IMG/VR virus record: IMGVR_UViG_3300011474_000007
Span: 1 to 64,000 of that record
DNA: 64,000 bases
Reading direction: 5' to 3' (one strand)
Origin: an uncultured virus (IMG/VR IMGVR_UViG_3300011474_000007)
Lineage: Duplodnaviria > Heunggongvirae > Uroviricota > Caudoviricetes
Of this stretch, positions 22,994-32,462 are shown piece by piece. The translations under genes were made by a program, and so were the position numbers. Numbering within the stretch: the stretch's first letter is position 1; every line of letters begins with the position of its first letter. A model generated the notes under the pieces. It did no database searches. It saw nothing but the letters and a program-made list of their open reading frames with translations, and was not told where the DNA came from.

Positions 22994-23194
22994 TATGTTA
23001 TATCCTCCAAATTACTTGTGAACTATATAAAATTTCATATATTTTCGTTCATCTTATATGATAACAAATTATTTTATATAAATCAATAGTTGTTTCCCTA
23101 AGTTTTACCTTGTTTTTTCAATATCAATAAGTAAGTTTTCTCTTCATTTTAATATCTACTTATATTTTTAAAGTAATTAAAAAACAAATAATCC

Positions 23195-24109
23195 CTATCC
23201 TATTTGAACTTCATTTGCATATTTCTTTTTATCTTCATCAAGCACATGGGTGTATATTTGTGTAGTCGCTATATTACTATGACCTAAAAACTGTTGAACA
23301 TATCTCAAATCTTTTGTTTGACTTAAACTAATTGTTGCTGAAGTATGGCGTAATTTATGGGCAGTTATAGGTTTATCTATCCTAGCAATCTTACAATATT
23401 GTTTAATTACGTTATTAGCCTGTGTATCGCTAATTTCAAATAGTTTACCTTCTGTTATACTTTCAAAGTTCAAATAGTCCCTTATAGCCTCTCTGGTGAT
23501 ATTATTAAGATATATAAATCTTTCTTTACTACCTTTACCTACAATTTTTAATTTTTCATCATTTATAATATCTTCTACTTTTAAATTTAATAATTCGCTT
23601 ACTCTAAGCCCATGATTAAGCAATATAACTATCATACAATAATTTCTCTTGTTTTTAAGACTTCCATCCTGAACAACTTCTAATAACCTTTTACATTCAT
23701 CTAAAGTCAAATATACAGGTTCTCTTTTTTTTATATCAGGAGTTTCTAATTCTCTTGTTGGATTTTCTTTAATTAGCTTTACTTTAGTTTCTAAATAATT
23801 AAAAAAAGATTTTAAACTAGCTATTTTTCTTGCTCTAGATTTTTCACTATTATATCTTTCATCTTGCAAGAAATATATAAAGTTATACAAATCTTCCAAC
23901 ACAATAGATTTAATATGATTATCTCCAATATCTAATATATTTATATTTTGAAAGTTAATATCTTTGGATATTAAACCTTTATTTATTTTATAAAATCTAA
24001 AAAACATTCTTAAATCTACTTCATAACCATCTATTGTATTCTTACTTTTATTTTTTATAACTTTTAAATAATTTAAAAAATCTTCTACTCTTTTAGGCAA
24101 TGTATTCAC
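23195..24109 (-). CDS. XerC/D-like tyrosine recombinase
   Basis: GLRVSE, GKGSKER, HKLRH, LGH, TQIYTH: complete catalytic set. Confidence 0.93.
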   Translation of the reverse strand: MNTLPKRVEDFLNYLKVIKNKSKNTIDGYEVDLRMFFRFYKINKGLISKDINFQNINILDIGDNHIKSIVLEDLYNFIYFLQDERYNSEKSRARKIASLKSFFNYLETKVKLIKENPTRELETPDIKKREPVYLTLDECKRLLEVVQDGSLKNKRNYCMIVILLNHGLRVSELLNLKVEDIINDEKLKIVGKGSKERFIYLNNITREAIRDYLNFESITEGKLFEISDTQANNVIKQYCKIARIDKPITAHKLRHTSATISLSQTKDLRYVQQFLGHSNIATTQIYTHVLDEDKKKYANEVQIG

Positions 24110-24289
24110 TCCAAAGCATCTCCCTTTGATTTGTAAACAAATTATTTTATATTAATAAAATAACACGTATTAGAAAAAATTACAAGAATTATTTTAAAAT
24201 TTCCTTATATTGAACCTCGCTTCCTATAATTTTATTTTAACAAATTGCGTTATTATTGCCAAAACTATAAATTGGATAAAAAAACTTTC

Positions 24290-24480
24290 ATTTTCTATCT
24301 CAATGTTTTCCCTTTCTATAGGAGAAAGTTTTTCTAATCTCGTTCTCTCTAGCTCTGCTATGTGTTATAAACTAAATCTTACGGCAGGCATACCACTGAA
24401 CTATGTTAAAACACCATTTTCTCTCCAGTTATCAATTGTTTTTTTCTGCAACCTGCCATCTTTTTGCTAACTCCTTCTTA
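24290..24480 (-). pseudogene. Degraded excisionase-like/MerR-type HTH gene
   Basis: Pieces read KELAKRWQVAE / KTIDNWRENGVLT*FSGMPAVRFSL*HIAELE, with a frameshift in an A7 run and two stops. Confidence 0.6.
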
Positions 24481-24481
24481 G

Positions 24482-24781
24482 TTAAAAACTTATTGATATT
24501 ACATTGCTCATAGGAAAAAAGCATTGTATATTACTATTATCATCTATACTAAATAAACCGATACCTTTCTCATTTATGATTTTAACATATACATTTGCTT
24601 TTCCTATCTCCTTTAATTTATCTCCTACAATAGAATTGTTAACTTCTATATTAATAAACAATGTCTTATTCTCCTTATCAAATTTTCTTTCTTCTGAACC
24701 ATTTAATATTCCAATTTCTCTTAAATAATCCATTGTTTTTGACCATGTCACATTATTATCCATTGATGCTGTTATTATCAT
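24482..24781 (-). CDS. Hypothetical protein
   Basis: 99-aa ORF on the operon strand. Confidence 0.55.
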   Translation of the reverse strand: MIITASMDNNVTWSKTMDYLREIGILNGSEERKFDKENKTLFINIEVNNSIVGDKLKEIGKANVYVKIINEKGIGLFSIDDNSNIQCFFPMSNVISISF

Positions 24782-24972
24782 AATTATTAACTCTCTTTCA
24801 CTCTATATTTGAATTACACGAATTATGTTTTTTAGCCACAGTTAATCTTCCAAATTTTTTACCTGTCAAATCTATCCTTTTTGGCAATTTATCATCTCCT
24901 AAAAATTCACATAAAATCGTGAATTTATATTAATTCTATTTCCTTTCTTACTTTTAAAATAATTTTCACTTC

Positions 24973-25197
24973 TTACATTTTTTCAGCTTTATCAATAAAT
25001 TCACTTGCATTATTTACAATATTAAACGGAGCATATTCTTCCCAAGTTTCCAAATCACTAATGGTAACTACTTGTTTTGAAGTATTTTTTAGTCTTGCAG
25101 TAAGAAATTTTGATAATCCTGCCACTTCTTTGCCATTATTTAATTCAAGTGCTAAAGACCCTTTTTTATTAAAATCTTTTACTATTAAATAGCACAT
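24973..25197 (-). CDS. Small protein coupled to the SAS gene (DUF6718-like, putative antitoxin)
   Basis: Overlaps the SAS 3' end; MCYLIVKDFNKKG start. Confidence 0.65.
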   Translation of the reverse strand: MCYLIVKDFNKKGSLALELNNGKEVAGLSKFLTARLKNTSKQVVTISDLETWEEYAPFNIVNNASEFIDKAEKM

Positions 25198-25744
25198 ATT
25201 CTAAACACCTCTCGAAATCTTTTTTATCATTTATTTTATCTGAATCATACATTTTTCTTAATTTTACTCCAATATCATTATCTTTATACTTATATACATA
25301 TGTATGTAGCCAAATATTGAATTTAAAATCCTTATTGGTAAAAAATTGTATTTCTATTGGATAATGATAATTGCTTCTTCTATAATAGATGTGATATCCT
25401 CTATATCCATCATCATTAGATTTTCCTTTTGTCATATCTACACACCTTACTAGCTCTGAATCAAGATTAATATTGTTATAACTATCTACTATAACTCTTA
25501 TTCCTAGTATATCATTAAAACAACCATAAACTTCTTTGCTAGGATAGTATTTATCATATTTTAATAATATTGATTGTAAAGATTTAATTCTATAATTATA
25601 ATTTTGTAATAAATCTACATTATCATTTAGAAAATCTATATAGTTTTCTAAATCATTTATTAATTCATTTTTGTTAAATTTTCTTAAAGTATTTTTTAGA
25701 CTTTTACCTAAAGTAGTTTTAAAACTTAATTTATCTAATATCAT
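25169..25744 (-). CDS. Small alarmone synthetase-like protein (RelA/SpoT nucleotidyltransferase)
   Basis: RIKS, DILGIR, GYRGYH and EIQ motifs. Confidence 0.85.
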   Translation of the reverse strand: MILDKLSFKTTLGKSLKNTLRKFNKNELINDLENYIDFLNDNVDLLQNYNYRIKSLQSILLKYDKYYPSKEVYGCFNDILGIRVIVDSYNNINLDSELVRCVDMTKGKSNDDGYRGYHIYYRRSNYHYPIEIQFFTNKDFKFNIWLHTYVYKYKDNDIGVKLRKMYDSDKINDKKDFERCLEYVLFNSKRF

Positions 25745-25802
25745 TAATAATTCATCGTTATTGATAAGTTTTCACCTTCTTCTATCATTTTAATTTCTCG
25801 CA

Positions 25803-26492
25803 TTATCTTTCTAAGCATTTATTATATAAAAAATCACAAATGCCATCAGCTTTTTGTGTATTATAGAATTCAACCATTAACGTATTGAATTCTAACTTAT
25901 CTTTTGCTTTTATATTTAAAACTCCTTGACCATTAGATAATAAAATACCATTTGCCAATAATCTTCCAGTTCTTTTATTACCATCATAATAGAATTGATT
26001 TAAAGCTACAAATAAGAATATATCAAAAGCTAATTCTGTTTTAGTCTTGCATCTATCTATAATTTCAGGTAATTCATTTGAAAACACAGAATTTAATTCT
26101 TCTGCTTTTGGAGGAATATAATCAGTTCCACCTATTCTCATCTTACTATCTCTAAACTTTCCACTTACTAATGCTTCATTAATTGATACTCTGTTATTTA
26201 TATTATTAAATATTTCTTTACTAAGTTGAAATTCATTTATTTGAACTAATTCAAATAAATACTCCCAACTATTTTTTAAGTCGTATATTTGTTGCTCATC
26301 TGACACTCTATGACCTCCAACTGTTATTCCGTCTAATAAAGTCTGAACTTCTGGAAAAGTAAAAGGGTTCCCCTCTAAACTCCCCATATTAAAAATAACA
26401 TCTGGAAGTGTCTTTTTAGCTATAAATATGAGTTTTTTAATATCTATAAGTGGAATTATATCTGAATATTGTTTTGTCCTTGTAAATAGCAT
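25803..26492 (-). CDS. Fic-domain protein (non-canonical motif)
   Basis: SLEGN and QFYYDGNKRTGR (His replaced by Gln). Confidence 0.85.
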   Translation of the reverse strand: MLFTRTKQYSDIIPLIDIKKLIFIAKKTLPDVIFNMGSLEGNPFTFPEVQTLLDGITVGGHRVSDEQQIYDLKNSWEYLFELVQINEFQLSKEIFNNINNRVSINEALVSGKFRDSKMRIGGTDYIPPKAEELNSVFSNELPEIIDRCKTKTELAFDIFLFVALNQFYYDGNKRTGRLLANGILLSNGQGVLNIKAKDKLEFNTLMVEFYNTQKADGICDFLYNKCLER

Positions 26493-26769
26493 TTTAACAC
26501 CTCATTTTTTATAAAACAATTATAATAAATTTAATCTCTTTTATCATTTACCTTATACTATTCTTTAATTTTATTCTTTTACTAAAAGCTATTATTTTCA
26601 TCCTTATTATACCATAAAATTATTCTAGTTATAACTTTGATGAATTTTATTATGTTTTTCTTAAAATAATTTTTCGTATTTGATTATTTAACATTTCTGA
26701 TGATAAATAATCAAATTATTTTGTTTTTAAATAAAATTTCTATCTTATTTAATAAAGTACGCTTAATAA

Positions 26770-27326
26770 TCACCGAATACCTCAAATAATATTTTGACAT
26801 GGTATCCTATGAATTTTATTTGGTGATAAATGGCTGTATTTCTATTAGTTTTATTAGAAAAGTGATTAATTGGCGTATAAAAACTATAAGAATATAATCA
26901 TATTTTATTTATTTTTTAAATTTATATACGTCAATCAGTCACCAAATACCACACTACATATATGTCTGTGGTATTTAATGACTTTTTAAAATATATAGTT
27001 AATAATCAATATATCAATTACATATTCATTTGTAAAAGCTTTAAAAACGTTAATTAAACAATCTATTTCTACATTTAATGATTTTCATACTTTGTAAAAT
27101 CATTAAACAACACATTTTAAAACTATAAAATCATCAGATACCACAAACCAATAATTTATGTGTGGTATCTGATGAACATTTTAGCTTTATAATCAACTTA
27201 ATAAAGCATTTGTATGTTTTTAAATCACTTATTTGTGGTATTGTATGATTTTATTAACGTATATGTTTTTATTATTAATCATCAGATACCACAAATAAGT
27301 ACAAGCTGTGGTATCTGATGATTAAT
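26770..27326. repeat. Inverted pairs of Rep iteron TGTGGTAT(C/T)TGATGA downstream of rep
   Basis: Pairs at 26770/26798, 26939/26967, 27131/27161 and 27279/27307, plus a single copy at 27234. Confidence 0.85.
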
Positions 27327-28586
27327 TTATTTGGTTATTGCTGCTTCACTATAAATAGGATTGTTTAAAATATCCTTATTTCCCTTTATCAAAGTACCTA
27401 TTATATAAAATTTAGGATTATCTATGTTATTAATATGAATATCTACATATCTAAGTATTGCTTGAGCCATAGGTATTTTATCTAGTTCTAAATATTTATC
27501 TACTTCTTCATAAGTGAATCCATATTTTAACAAACCTTTTAAAACTTCGGTATAGGTAGTGTATCTTAATAATAAATTTTGTGTGGTATCTAGTGACTTT
27601 TTATTTTTATCTTTATTTTTAAATATAAAAACAATACCTTCTTTACTAGCTTCATAGTCTTTTAAATATTTTTTATCTTTTAATTCTTGACAAGCTGACC
27701 TAATACGTCTATTTCTATAAGAAACCGTTTTACTATCATCTAAGGGTATTCTTTCATATAATTTCTTATATGTTATGTACATTTCATTCCTATTATTTCT
27801 CCATTTATTTATAATTAGATATATTCTTCTAGCTAAATCATTTTTTAAAGAAAGTCTTAGACTCTTATTAGAAATCTTACCTTTTCCATTACAAATGTTA
27901 TTAAAAAAGAATTCATCAATTACCACACTTGCCTTATCTTTTAATGACTTTCTATCTAAAACAGGGGTGCCATCGGTATTTATATAACTATAGGTTTCAT
28001 AATGGCCTAAAATCCCAACCACTTTTTTTGCATCTGTTATATATGTTTTTTCTACAGGATCATACAATCCTCCAAATGCAGTATTATATATATTCGTATC
28101 ACATAATACTTCTATTGCTTTGTCTAATCTTTCTTTGTTTTTTCCTCCAAAACCTTTGAAACCCATCTCCTTTGACAGCTCTCTAAAAGTAAAGTTTATT
28201 TTATTACTTATTTTTTTATTTGATATAACAACATCGTTATTATTCCTAAAATGTATTCTAAGCAAAGCTAATAAAACTTCATACTCGAAAGGTGACGGAA
28301 CACCATGTATACTACTTCTTACTTCTATACACCTTTCTAATCCATCATTGCTTTTCCATGTATATTTTACAGCATTTACTACTTTTTCTTTACTTTTATT
28401 CTGATAATAATATATAAAAGGCATATCTATAAGATTATTCTCTATCCATTCTTCATCAACCGAAATAGTAATAATATTTTGTTTTTGTCTTGTAACATTA
28501 CTACTAAATTCTTGTTTATTTTCATCTATTTTATCATTTAAAACTTCGGCTAATCCTATTTGTTCACAGTTATCCACATTATTCAC
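27327..28586 (-). CDS. Plasmid replication initiator protein
   Basis: Winged-helix initiator pattern (GVP..FEYEVLLAL, FTFRELSKEMG, LARRIY); flanked by iterons. Confidence 0.8.
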   Translation of the reverse strand: MNNVDNCEQIGLAEVLNDKIDENKQEFSSNVTRQKQNIITISVDEEWIENNLIDMPFIYYYQNKSKEKVVNAVKYTWKSNDGLERCIEVRSSIHGVPSPFEYEVLLALLRIHFRNNNDVVISNKKISNKINFTFRELSKEMGFKGFGGKNKERLDKAIEVLCDTNIYNTAFGGLYDPVEKTYITDAKKVVGILGHYETYSYINTDGTPVLDRKSLKDKASVVIDEFFFNNICNGKGKISNKSLRLSLKNDLARRIYLIINKWRNNRNEMYITYKKLYERIPLDDSKTVSYRNRRIRSACQELKDKKYLKDYEASKEGIVFIFKNKDKNKKSLDTTQNLLLRYTTYTEVLKGLLKYGFTYEEVDKYLELDKIPMAQAILRYVDIHINNIDNPKFYIIGTLIKGNKDILNNPIYSEAAITK

Positions 28587-28622
28587 ATCCTTTGTATGAA
28601 AAATATTATATGTATTATAACA

Positions 28623-28860
28623 TGTGGTATTTGATGATTCAAGGGTGTGGTATCTAATACTTTAACTTGTGGTATTTGGTGATTTAAGGGTGTGGTATTC
28701 AATGAACTGAGTTGTGGTATCTGGTGAACTCAGAATGCATCCAAATTGTTGATATGACTGTTCTACAAAAACTGATAAGCTTCTTATAAGCTTTAGAAGT
28801 ATAAGCTCTTTATAAGCTATAGAAGATATAAGCTATTATTTTTAATGTTATATCTTCTAT
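28623..28860. repeat. Origin: five direct iterons plus ATAAGCT AT-rich repeats
   Basis: TGTGGTAT at 28623, 28646, 28668, 28691 and 28713 (22-23 bp period), then ATAAGCT repeats at about 28774-28833. Confidence 0.88.
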
Positions 28861-28980
28861 ATTATACTATATGATTTTATAAAATATTACTAAAAATAAC
28901 TAGATTTAATTTTTTCATTCCTAATACATTTAAAAACAGGAAATCTGAAAGAAATACATCCTTTTTGATTTTTAGTTTCT

Positions 28981-29285
28981 TCAATTATTCAAATATTTCT
29001 CTAAAGTCTTTTTGGCTAAATTTAAATCCTCAAATCTAAAACTTCCTAGTCTCTTTTTCTCAACATTTTTATTAATATTTACTAACCATCTTTTCTATCC
29101 AATGTTAATCCTTTTTCCCAAGTATCTAACATGTCTTCTGAGAACCCTTATATTGTTTCCCATTTTTCATCATATGTTATGTTTCTACATCCATACCATT
29201 TATAATTTTCACTTTTAGAATAATTACATCTTTTTTTCATATTCTGCCAACATTCATAAAATTGTTTTGGATAATATTTATTCAT
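28981..29285 (-). pseudogene. HNH/AP2-type endonuclease pseudogene
   Basis: MNKLYPKQFYECWQNMKKRC...YKWYGCRNITYDEKWETI*GFSEDM...GLTLDRKD, then an AP2-like tail in another frame (WLVNI...KRLGSF). Confidence 0.75.
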
Positions 29286-29309
29286 TGTATAATCTCACCA
29301 TCCATTTTG

Positions 29310-30603
29310 CTAATACATACTTATTTCATCTTTATCATCTCTAATGATTCCTTTCCATGTAGGAAATCTCATACCATATTCATTTTTTTGGTTTTTAGTA
29401 ATTTCAAAATAGCCTATCGTAACTATTTTTCCTATTAATAAATGTGGATTATTGAAATATGTAATCCTTTCATTATCACTAAATCCACTACCAACATTTA
29501 TTTTATATAATTTCCCATCTAGTTTAAATTGAACAGTTATAGCTCCTAATCTTCTTGCATTTTTACCAGTACCTTCAATAATATCAATTACTCTAACATT
29601 ACAATCGTTAAATTTTTTTACTTTTAACAAATCTTTCGTTCTTTTGCATTGATATTTAGAATCAGCTAAATTGATCATAATACCTTCTTCCCCATTTTGT
29701 ATAGCTTTATTTAATAATTCATCTATTTTATTTTTATCTTCTCCAATATATAACATAGGAACTTCTTTAATCCATTCTGTTTTTAAATCACATAAGAGGT
29801 TGTGTAATTGATTTTTTCTTGTTAAAGTGTCATTTATAGACTTACCTTGTTTAAATTCGTCTAAAGACATCATATCGAATATTAAATTAGTTTTATTAAC
29901 ATCTTTTTTTCTTATAATCTTTTGAGTTTCCTGAAAAAGTTGTTTACTATCTAAGTTTTTATCATTCTTTAATAAAACTTCCCCATCATAAACCATATTA
30001 TCTTTTAATTTTTCTCCATCTTTAATAATATCTATTAAATCTTCTATTGATTGTCCTTGTCTTGAAAATAATCTTGTAGTTCCATTCTCTTTTACTAAAA
30101 CCATTCTATTTCCATCCAGTTTTGTAGTTATTATAAATTTTCCATTTACTCTATTTATATTTTCATAGTATTTTTCAGCCAACATAACATTAAATTCTGG
30201 AATAAAATTTTTATGTATTTTATTAATTGTTTTTGCTGTGATTCCTATTTTTAAAGACTTAGTTACCAATTGCTTTAAGATATCTTGATATTGTATATCT
30301 TGCTTAATAATCCAATTTTGAATTATTCTTATATACTTATCTGTACCTGTATTATTTATTTTTAAAAAATTTATAACATCTGTTATTGTAGTTAGCTCTC
30401 TATTTGCTTCTAATTTTATTTTTTTACTAAGCCTTTTTGAACTTATTCCTGTAACTATATAAGGATTATATAAAAAGAAAAGTATGTCTTTAAGCAGTTC
30501 ATTATCTTTATTTTCTTTTAAAATACTTTCTTTTGCAGCTCTACCTGAATTACTGCTTATATTTTTTAGTATTTCTAAACATTTTTTTTAAATTATTGTT
30601 CAT
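29310..30603 (-). CDS. ATP-dependent DNA ligase, frameshifted near the 5' end
   Basis: KLDG, DGE, EGIM, KVK, RFP; frame is open back to about 30581 (FLYNPYIVTGIS); ATG at 30603 is one base out of frame across an A8 run. Confidence 0.85.
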
Positions 30604-30749
30604 AAAACTCATCCTTTTATTTATATTTTTAAATTATTTTTATTTAATAGTCAAAGTATAAAGTATATTTAAAACAATTTATACTTTGACTACCAAATTG
30701 TTTTTATTTACATTTCTGGAATATTATTTTATTAACAAATTATTGCTGA

Positions 30750-31010
30750 TTAATACCAATTCTCCATTATTATTTCTTTGTTTTTTGTAAAGATACTTAT
30801 ATTAGTTATATCTTCTTCTATATTAATTATATCTTTTATTTTAACTATGTACTTGTCCATTTTTCTATATTCATTAAATCCTTGTATTTCAATGGAATTA
30901 GTATTGCATTTATAACATATATTTTCTAAAATTTTTTCACTTCCTCCTATCTCTGAAATTGTTATACCATCCTTAGTATTTTTTAGATAATTTATTATCT
31001 TTACTTCCAT
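30750..31010 (-). CDS. Small hypothetical protein with upstream SOS-type box
   Basis: GGAGG RBS before ATG at 31010; followed by an inverted repeat at 30649-30692. Confidence 0.6.
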   Translation of the reverse strand: MEVKIINYLKNTKDGITISEIGGSEKILENICYKCNTNSIEIQGFNEYRKMDKYIVKIKDIINIEEDITNISIFTKNKEIIMENWY

Positions 31011-31055
31011 GTAAAAACCTCCAAAAATTTTTTTATTTAAACTTGTTTCACACAT

Positions 31056-31069
31056 CGAACAAGTGTTTG
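31056..31069. promoter_or_regulatory. LexA/DinR (Cheo) box
   Basis: CGAAC-AAGT-GTTTG fits the Firmicutes GAAC-N4-GTTY consensus; just downstream of a TGcTATAAT -10. Confidence 0.6.
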
Positions 31070-31382
31070 TGTTTAATTATATTTATATTATAGCATAAGG
31101 CAAATGTGGTAACAATTACTTTTAAATGTGTTTTTTTAACATATTTTTTATAGACAAATGTTATTTTTAACACAAATTTAATAGTATTATAATAGAAACT
31201 TAATATTATATTTTTTATGTATTTTATTTTAAATTTTAAAATTATTTTATATAGTAACATAGAATAATAAGAAAATTTTGTCGAATTTAGTATAAAAGTT
31301 TTTATAAAAATTTTCAATTAGTTCTAAAATAATACATAGAACTAATTGAAAACTAATATATTTAATTAATTTAATTTTAAAT

Positions 31383-32462
31383 TTATTCAAAATTAACAAT
31401 ATCATTTTTAAACAAGTCATATAAATTATCATAAATATTATATAATCTATAACCAGTTTGGAAACCTAATTTCTCATTTTGCTCAATATATCGAGCAAAA
31501 TCTATTTTTTTTAGTTTATTCCCAGCATACTTTTCTTCTGTAAGTTTTACCATTCTGTTGATGATTCCTGAATGATATAGGCTTTGAACAGTTATATGTT
31601 GTCCGTTTATATTCAAAAAATATTTAAATATCTTTAGTACTCTTGATTGAATTGTTTGCCCATAAACTTGTTTACCACTATAATTGTTCATTCGAGCATT
31701 TAGCTGAGCTGTTGGGGCAATTAAATATGGTGATTCAACTATATCTGTCATGTCATGAATTCCTGTCCCCTTACCGTTTTTAAAATAATAAACATCTGAC
31801 AATAGCGTATTTTCAATAGCATCGGCAAGAAATTCATTGCATTTTAATTGTTTTAATTCTCCTGTATCCTGTTCTACATATTCTAATATTTTATTTTCTC
31901 TATCATATTGCTTTTTTTTAATAGCGATTAAATCAGCGTGATTAGTGCCTTTTACTCCTTCGTAAATTAATAGTGATATAAGTACATCTTGAGGATTTAC
32001 CAAATCTTGTACTGCTTCATACAATGATCCTTCAGTGACATACTTTAAATACTTCAGTCTTTTATTTACTAGTCCTTGTATATATTCCTTTTGAGATAGT
32101 GCATTCAATAATGCTATATCTTTTTGTATTCCATAACGTTCTGTACAAAATCTTAAATAGTCTAGTATTCTATTTTTGTATGCCATGGCTGAGCTTTCTG
32201 AGCTAAAAGTCATATTTTCTAACATTTTAGAAATTTCATCAAGAGTGAAATACTCTATTGTTCTGTCTGGGTCTATCGTTTCTTCAAATGCTCTTATCTT
32301 ATACATCTGATTTTCATAATTATCTATAGTTACATCTTGTAAATCTTGTTCATTTTTTAAAAAATTTATATATTCTTTTTTTCTATCATCCAGCTCTCTA
32401 AAATATAGCTTATTAAGACTAGTAAACTCTCGTGTTTTATCTGACATTTTCTTTTTCACCAC
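31383..32462 (-). CDS. Catalytically degenerate tyrosine-recombinase-fold protein (YopR/MrpR-like repressor)
   Basis: LLIYEGVKG and TVQSLYHSG replace GxR and HxxRH; follows a YopQ-like gene. Confidence 0.7.
   Translation of the reverse strand: MVKKKMSDKTREFTSLNKLYFRELDDRKKEYINFLKNEQDLQDVTIDNYENQMYKIRAFEETIDPDRTIEYFTLDEISKMLENMTFSSESSAMAYKNRILDYLRFCTERYGIQKDIALLNALSQKEYIQGLVNKRLKYLKYVTEGSLYEAVQDLVNPQDVLISLLIYEGVKGTNHADLIAIKKKQYDRENKILEYVEQDTGELKQLKCNEFLADAIENTLLSDVYYFKNGKGTGIHDMTDIVESPYLIAPTAQLNARMNNYSGKQVYGQTIQSRVLKIFKYFLNINGQHITVQSLYHSGIINRMVKLTEEKYAGNKLKKIDFARYIEQNEKLGFQTGYRLYNIYDNLYDLFKNDIVNFE

Noticed and set aside
26770..28730. Repeats around rep as a CRISPR array
   Set aside because: Units are about 15 bp with 22-23 bp period or inverted pairs, there are no 30-40 bp unique spacers, and no cas genes; they fit iterons
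31279..31285. Perfect Spo0A box TGTCGAA
   Set aside because: A single 7-mer can occur by chance and it is not clearly positioned at a promoter
31048..31432. Two ORFs in the spacer downstream of the repressor-like gene
   Set aside because: Extremely AT-rich, low-complexity translations with no RBS, overlapping a promoter region
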